NCBI GenBank assembly: GCA_041687695.1
Contig: JAWLBL010000001.1
Coordinates: forward strand, 1-64,000
Direction: 5' to 3'
Length of the DNA stretch: 64,000 nucleotides
Source of the DNA: Myxococcota bacterium
GTDB lineage: Bacteria > Myxococcota_A > UBA9042 > PHBI01 > JAWLBL01
The translations under genes and the position numbers were made by a program. This document shows positions 60,101-64,000 of this stretch, one piece after another (the stretch's first letter is position 1; the number at the start of each line of letters is the position of its first letter). The notes under the pieces were generated by a model. That model was not told the DNA's origin and ran no database searches. It was given only the letters and a program-made list of their open reading frames with translations.

Positions 60101-60617
60101 GGAAGGCCATCGTCGGGTTCTGGAGCAGGGGGTTGAGCCCCTTGCCGTCGGTCGGCCCGCCGGAGGTCGCGAAGGTCTCGAACGGGCTCGACTCGAAGAC
60201 CATCAGGACGTTGAAGAAGAACAGGCACAGCATCAGGACCGCGGTGACCCAGGCCATGTAGACCGGGGCGCGCTCGCGGTTGGTGTGGATGGCGATGGCG
60301 CTGAAGATGGCGAGCGAGGTCACCCAGAACAGGAGCGCGCCCTTCTCGCCGCCCCAGAACGAGGCGAGGAGGTAGAGCGTCGGCATCGACCGGTCGGAGT
60401 AGGTCGCGATGTACTTATTGGAGAAGTCGTGGGTGAGGAAGCCGTGGGTGAGCACGATGGCCATGGCCACGGCGAGCCACGCGACCCCGTAGGCGCCCCA
60501 GCGGGCGCCGCGCATGAGGGCGTCGTTACGGGAGACGGCGCCCGCGATGGCGGTGAGCGCCGTCAGGAGCGTGACGAAGAAGCTGACGAGGAGCAGCAGC
60601 TGGCCGAAGTCCTGCAT
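57120..60617 (-). CDS. ccmF: CcmF with an insertion and C-terminal CcmH-like repeats
   Basis: GLNPLLQ, HPP, WGFWWMWDPVENA, SIHAF; 1165 aa. Confidence 0.93.
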   Translation of the reverse strand: MQDFGQLLLLVSFFVTLLTALTAIAGAVSRNDALMRGARWGAYGVAWLAVAMAIVLTHGFLTHDFSNKYIATYSDRSMPTLYLLASFWGGEKGALLFWVTSLAIFSAIAIHTNRERAPVYMAWVTAVLMLCLFFFNVLMVFESSPFETFATSGGPTDGKGLNPLLQNPTMAFHPPSLLTGYITFTIPFAFGAAALVTGKLDDQWITDTRRWSIVSWAFLSVGLLLGALWAYQEIGWGFWWMWDPVENAGLIPWFTGTAFLHSVMIQERYGMLKRWNAVLVCLTFLLTIFGTFLTRSQLIDSIHAFADSTLAEYFIGYMIVLAIVSVILIAWRWKALEGEARIESFLSRESFFVLNNVFLVGCAFIVLWGTLFPKISEAESVRAIYNQVAGGWNASLGLVLGELDLLTQAVSLDEPWFNRVMAPIGLVLLFLMGVGPLISWRRATAKNFERNFRRPLAGSLVITAIGAAVWSFFSIRRIADLYELTMGQAYDNWADSLVLADVYTVLCYLFCVFVGWTIAREFHIGARVREGKGDDGYLASVLALTFKNPRRYGGYIIHFGVMLMFVGFTGKVFKSEDPERLIAVGEELPARDYRLTFSDRTQAWDPDGGFAALRATFTIMHEGETVADREVNDTVAWLQTRLTVPFHVETRLDSPKIRVRVADVDARDRLRDDLWLAQDFRDHFALVADGGARLTYRLQDDGLLRVMPMLAMQALREARVALGPGSTIGARVELTPGSTELALTFDAPAAAAAFQQRVAQATVPDTLLHGGFDPDSGAIELIDRRTGTHLVPEVRYYAKHETPTTEAGISSLPWEDLYLAIRPRMDMGTIAGFAQPSVNLLTVVFPLVSLLWLGGITLVFGTIICLTPRWLSRTLIAMTRSRRRLPVAEAAALALTAALAALALTAAPPAHAHGDALPEPRGMAAPPDGDAVGDALAALSCGPAGTTEAMRVLPLGDPGCASPKAEQDRALVTELVRKRPEADQRSGRAKLDVLYELVALDQRWDERLRYDTAAYDHLKTTTKTTCPGERGLVLSQSQLACTVRNKWLPRFRVMLAAGVPAEQVFRFYVDENNVTSAEGEPWTYDDLRAHPDKALSWAFPAALIAGFAAAFIVLMVRVGRRRRLAAASPGQHVGSDRQAQGQRAGALSDAQRARLDDELEAFEGS

Positions 60618-60635
60618 CTACGGCGGCCCCCCGGC

Positions 60636-61142
60636 TCAGGACGTCGGGCCCGACGCGGGTCGGGCCGGGCCGTACTTCTTCTCGTAACCGGGGTCCTGCT
60701 CGTCGCCGGGGTGCGTGCCGCCCTCGGTCTGGTACTTCGACGGGCACTTGACCGTCAGCTTGGTGCACTGGATGGTGCCGTCCTTGCCCATGATGCCCTC
60801 GACGATGCACTCACGCCCTTCCTTGTAGGGATCGGGCGGCAGGTGCGGATAGGCGACCGGGAGCTCGTTGCCCAAGCCGTCGTGGATGACGAAGCGCAGC
60901 TCCTGCGTCGAGCCGCGCGTGACGTTCTCCGTCGTCCCTTCCTTGATCTTGCCGACGATCTTGACCTCACGCCCCACGAAGCGGTGCGGCTCGGCCTTGA
61001 TGGCGGCGATGTCGAGGCTGTAGCGGCCGCTCGAGAAGCTCGACTGCACGACGAGCAGCGCCCCCAGGCCGACGATGACCGCGATGATGGTCGAGTAGCC
61101 GGCTCTCTTGCGCCGCGTGGCGGCCTTGGGCGTTTCGGTCAT
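60636..61142 (-). CDS. ccmE: Heme chaperone CcmE (CxxxY type)
   Basis: PD.Y.EG...IVEG, KCPSKY. Confidence 0.92.
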   Translation of the reverse strand: MTETPKAATRRKRAGYSTIIAVIVGLGALLVVQSSFSSGRYSLDIAAIKAEPHRFVGREVKIVGKIKEGTTENVTRGSTQELRFVIHDGLGNELPVAYPHLPPDPYKEGRECIVEGIMGKDGTIQCTKLTVKCPSKYQTEGGTHPGDEQDPGYEKKYGPARPASGPTS

Positions 61143-61541
61143 GGGACTCTCCTCGTTTGGGTCGGGGTGCCCCGAGCCCGTTGTCCCCGGCCTCGGCGGG
61201 TCCGGATCCTCGGCACCGACCGGGGTCGAGTCCAGGGCCTCGCTCGGAGCGACAAACCCGGCGCGCGGCGGGGGGCATTCCGGGGTTCTGCCAGAGGTCG
61301 GCGCCCGGGTCCATGAATACCGGGCCGCAGGGCGCCGGCCGGCGGGTCGGGTCGTGAGCCGACACCGTACCGCAACCCGGGCCGCCCGTCGAAGGTCCGC
61401 GTCGTTGACAAGCGCTCGGACCGTCCACCATCATCCGCGCCTTCCCAAGGACCGCCCGCCGCGCGCGCGACGGGCAACGACGGCCGTGGCGCTCCGTGCG
61501 ACGACCGCCGCCCTCCCCCTCCTCCCGAGCGGAGCCCCGCC

Positions 61542-62201
61542 GTGCTCGACGACTTCAAGGACAAGGCGCTCAAGAAGGCCGGTCAGTGGATTGGCTCGCC
61601 GGCCGCGGTCAGCGTGCTGTCGAACCCGCAGGTCCAGGGCGTCCTCAAGCGGGCCATCAACCTCCGGTCGGATCTGCGCGACGAGCTCGACCGCAAGGTC
61701 GAAGACCTCGCCCGCAGCTTCAACCTGGTCACCCGGGCCGAGGTGAAGACCCTCAAGCGCTCCATCCGCGAGCTCGAGAACCAGGTCGCGACCCTCGAGC
61801 ACCAGCTCAAGCAGCAGACGCTGCGGGCCGACAAGGCCGAGCAGGCCGCGAGCGAGGCCCGACGGAAGCTCGACGAGGCCGCCAAGGCCCCGGCGCCCGC
61901 CAAGACCGAGGCCGCGCCCGCGCCCGCCGCGGCGGCCGTCAAGCCGGCCGCGCCCGCCAAGGCCGCCAAGGCCGAGGCCGCTGCCAAGCCGGCCGCCAGG
62001 CCCGAGGCCGCTGCCAAGCCCGCGACGACCGAGGCCGCGACCAAGCCGGCCGCCAAGTCGACCGCCAAGGCTGGGGCCGGCCGCGGCGCCGCCAAGCCCG
62101 CGCCGGGCTCCAATGGCGAGACCAAGGCCAAGCCCGCCGCCAAGGCCGAGGGCAAGCCGGCCGCCAAGCGCGCGCCGGCCAAGAAGGCCCCCAAGGAGTG
62201 A
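61542..62201 (+). CDS. Phasin-like coiled-coil protein with AAKP histone-like tail
   Basis: NL.TR.EV..L...I..LE motif and AKPAA repeats. Confidence 0.7.
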   Translation: MLDDFKDKALKKAGQWIGSPAAVSVLSNPQVQGVLKRAINLRSDLRDELDRKVEDLARSFNLVTRAEVKTLKRSIRELENQVATLEHQLKQQTLRADKAEQAASEARRKLDEAAKAPAPAKTEAAPAPAAAAVKPAAPAKAAKAEAAAKPAARPEAAAKPATTEAATKPAAKSTAKAGAGRGAAKPAPGSNGETKAKPAAKAEGKPAAKRAPAKKAPKE

Positions 62202-62356
62202 CCCCGGCCCCCGGGCGGGCAGGCGCTCGCGCGTCGCCCGTCCGCGGATCGACGCGGAACGAGCGACCGGAAGTTTGCCCAGCCAGGCGGCTCGGGCCAC
62301 CCTGAGCGTCGTGGGAGACCACCGCGCGGGAGGCTCCGCGCGCCCGACAGGCAACC

Positions 62357-64000
62357 ATGATCGCTCGACCCCTCGCCGCCCTGCTCCTCGCGGCCCTCAT
62401 GCTCGGGCCGCCCGGCCCGGCCCGGGCCGACGCCCTCCCCGACGTGCTCGAGCGCGCCCGCGCGCAGCTCGACGCCGGTGACGCCGCCCAGGCGGCCGCC
62501 GCCCTGCGCGCGGCGCTGGACGCTGCCCCCGAGGGGCCGGACCGAGCCCTCGCCCAACACCTGCTCGGCCGCGCCCTGCTGGACGCTGGAGACGCCCAGG
62601 GGGCGGTCGCCGCGCTCGAGGGCGCCCTGGCCGACGGGCGCACCGCCGTGCCCGACTTCGTCCGCTACGCGCTGGCCCGGGCCCACGGCGCGCTCGGCGC
62701 CCACGCCGACGCCGCCGCAGCCTATCGGTTGGTCGCCCTGGACCGCCACAGCCCGCTGCGCATCGCCGCCGCCTTCGAGCACGCCCGCGCCCTCGAGGCC
62801 GCGGGCGACGCCGACGCCGCGCGCGCCGCCTACGGGCGCTTCGTGGACGACTACCCCGACGCGCCCGAGGCCCGCGACGCGCGGCTCCAGCTGGCGGCCC
62901 TCGAGGTCGACCGCGGGCGTGCCACGGAGGCGGCGCCCATCCTGCGCCGGGTGCTGGTCGAGGCGCCGCGCAGCCGGGCCGGGCTGGCGGCGCGCGCGAT
63001 GGCCGAGCGGCTGCGGACGCTGGGGCACGCCGCCCTGGTGGCGCTGACGCCCGAGCGCGAGCTCGAGCGGCTCGAGTGGCTCGTCAGCGAGCGTCGCTTC
63101 GAGGAGGCCGAGGCCGACCTGGCGGCGCTGCGCGCGCTAGCGGCCGAGCGCAAGGAGCGCGATCTGGAGGTGCGCGCGACGGAGCTGCTCGCCCGGGTCT
63201 ACCGGGAGACGCGGCAGGAGCCGCGGGCGCTGGAGCTGTACGAGTGGCTGGCGACGCGCGGCGTGTCGACCCCGTCCTTCGCGCACGTCGCGGAGATGCA
63301 GGCCCTGGGCGGCGACTTCGAGACGGCCGAGCGGACGCTCCTGGCCGGCTACGGGCGCCGACGCACCAACGCCTATTGGGAGGCGCTGGGCGACCTGCGC
63401 TTCGAGTTCGGCCGGTACGAGGACGCCCTGGCGGCCTACAAGCGCTCGAGCCGTGCGCGGCGGGCCGTCAAGGGCGTCCCCGCCGAGCTGAGCCTGGCTT
63501 GGAAGGTGGGGTGGTGCCACATCCTGACCGGGCAGGTCGAGGCGGCGGCCCCGATGTTCGCGCCGCGCAGGTCGTGGCGGCGCCGTGACGCGCAGTGGCC
63601 GCGCTATTGGAAGGCCCGCTCGCTGGCCATCGCCGGCCGGCGGGACGAGGCGCTGGCCCTGTACGACGCGCTGGCCGAGGAGGGGCCGCTGGACTACTAC
63701 GGGGTCCTGGCTGCCAGCCGGGCGGCCGAGCTGCGCGGCGAGGTGCCCGCGCCGGCGCAGGCGCCGGGGCCGCCGAGCGGCGACGTCGTGACCGTGTCCG
63801 CGGAGGACGGCGAGTCGGGGCCGGCGCGGCGTCCGACCGTCGCCTGGTCGGACGAGGCCCTGGAGGGCGCCTTCGAGCGGGCGCCGGGGCCCGCCGAGCG
63901 CGCGGAGCGACAGGCGGCGCTCGAGCGGCTGGCCGCGCGATGGGGCGACGTGGCCCCGGAGGCGCGCCGGGCCGCCGAGCTGCACCGCCTGGGGCTCGTC
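62357..64000 (+). CDS. Exported TPR protein, probably the N-terminus of a soluble lytic transglycosylase (partial)
   Basis: Signal peptide, TPR-like repeats, YW.AR and P.DYYG motifs; runs off the window. Confidence 0.7.
   Translation, partial: MIARPLAALLLAALMLGPPGPARADALPDVLERARAQLDAGDAAQAAAALRAALDAAPEGPDRALAQHLLGRALLDAGDAQGAVAALEGALADGRTAVPDFVRYALARAHGALGAHADAAAAYRLVALDRHSPLRIAAAFEHARALEAAGDADAARAAYGRFVDDYPDAPEARDARLQLAALEVDRGRATEAAPILRRVLVEAPRSRAGLAARAMAERLRTLGHAALVALTPERELERLEWLVSERRFEEAEADLAALRALAAERKERDLEVRATELLARVYRETRQEPRALELYEWLATRGVSTPSFAHVAEMQALGGDFETAERTLLAGYGRRRTNAYWEALGDLRFEFGRYEDALAAYKRSSRARRAVKGVPAELSLAWKVGWCHILTGQVEAAAPMFAPRRSWRRRDAQWPRYWKARSLAIAGRRDEALALYDALAEEGPLDYYGVLAASRAAELRGEVPAPAQAPGPPSGDVVTVSAEDGESGPARRPTVAWSDEALEGAFERAPGPAERAERQAALERLAARWGDVAPEARRAAELHRLGLV

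Noticed and set aside
61880..62201. AAKP coding repeats, and the 27-bp repeat in the ccmF linker (~57897-57950)
   Set aside because: Ordinary low-complexity protein repeats.

Overview
Very GC-rich bacterial DNA. The gene content suggests Myxococcota/'Deltaproteobacteria', which is an inference. Positions 1 to ~10.6 kb are the right end of a prophage: Mu-like baseplate genes, a tail fibre with an autocleaving chaperone domain, a lysis module, a DNA cytosine methyltransferase locus, and a lower-GC cargo pair (AbiJ-like/HEPN-like protein plus Ser/Thr kinase). The prophage ends beside the stop codon of a host acyl-CoA dehydrogenase. The rest is host chromosome: ygfZ, FAA hydrolase-moxR-DUF58-transglutaminase, ygiQ, TetR/monooxygenase, iscA with two tandem HD dNTPase-like genes, pcm, tyrS, ygfA, zapA, queE, an ECF sigma/anti-sigma pair, many lipoproteins, a variant ccm cluster and a partial TPR protein. 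The most striking observation is a C5-methyltransferase whose motifs are spread over three overlapping reading frames. Deleting one 178-nt segment bounded by TTGG would restore two overlapping frames at once. Other highlights are a beta-helix::gp46 baseplate fusion, a 17-bp perfect inverted repeat at the prophage strand switch, a candidate defence pair, a covarying four-hairpin REP-like element, repeated duplications of gene 3' ends, no room for 6S RNA between zapA and ygfA, and a CcmF fused to two CcmH-like repeats. All calls rest on motif recognition by eye; no searches were run.
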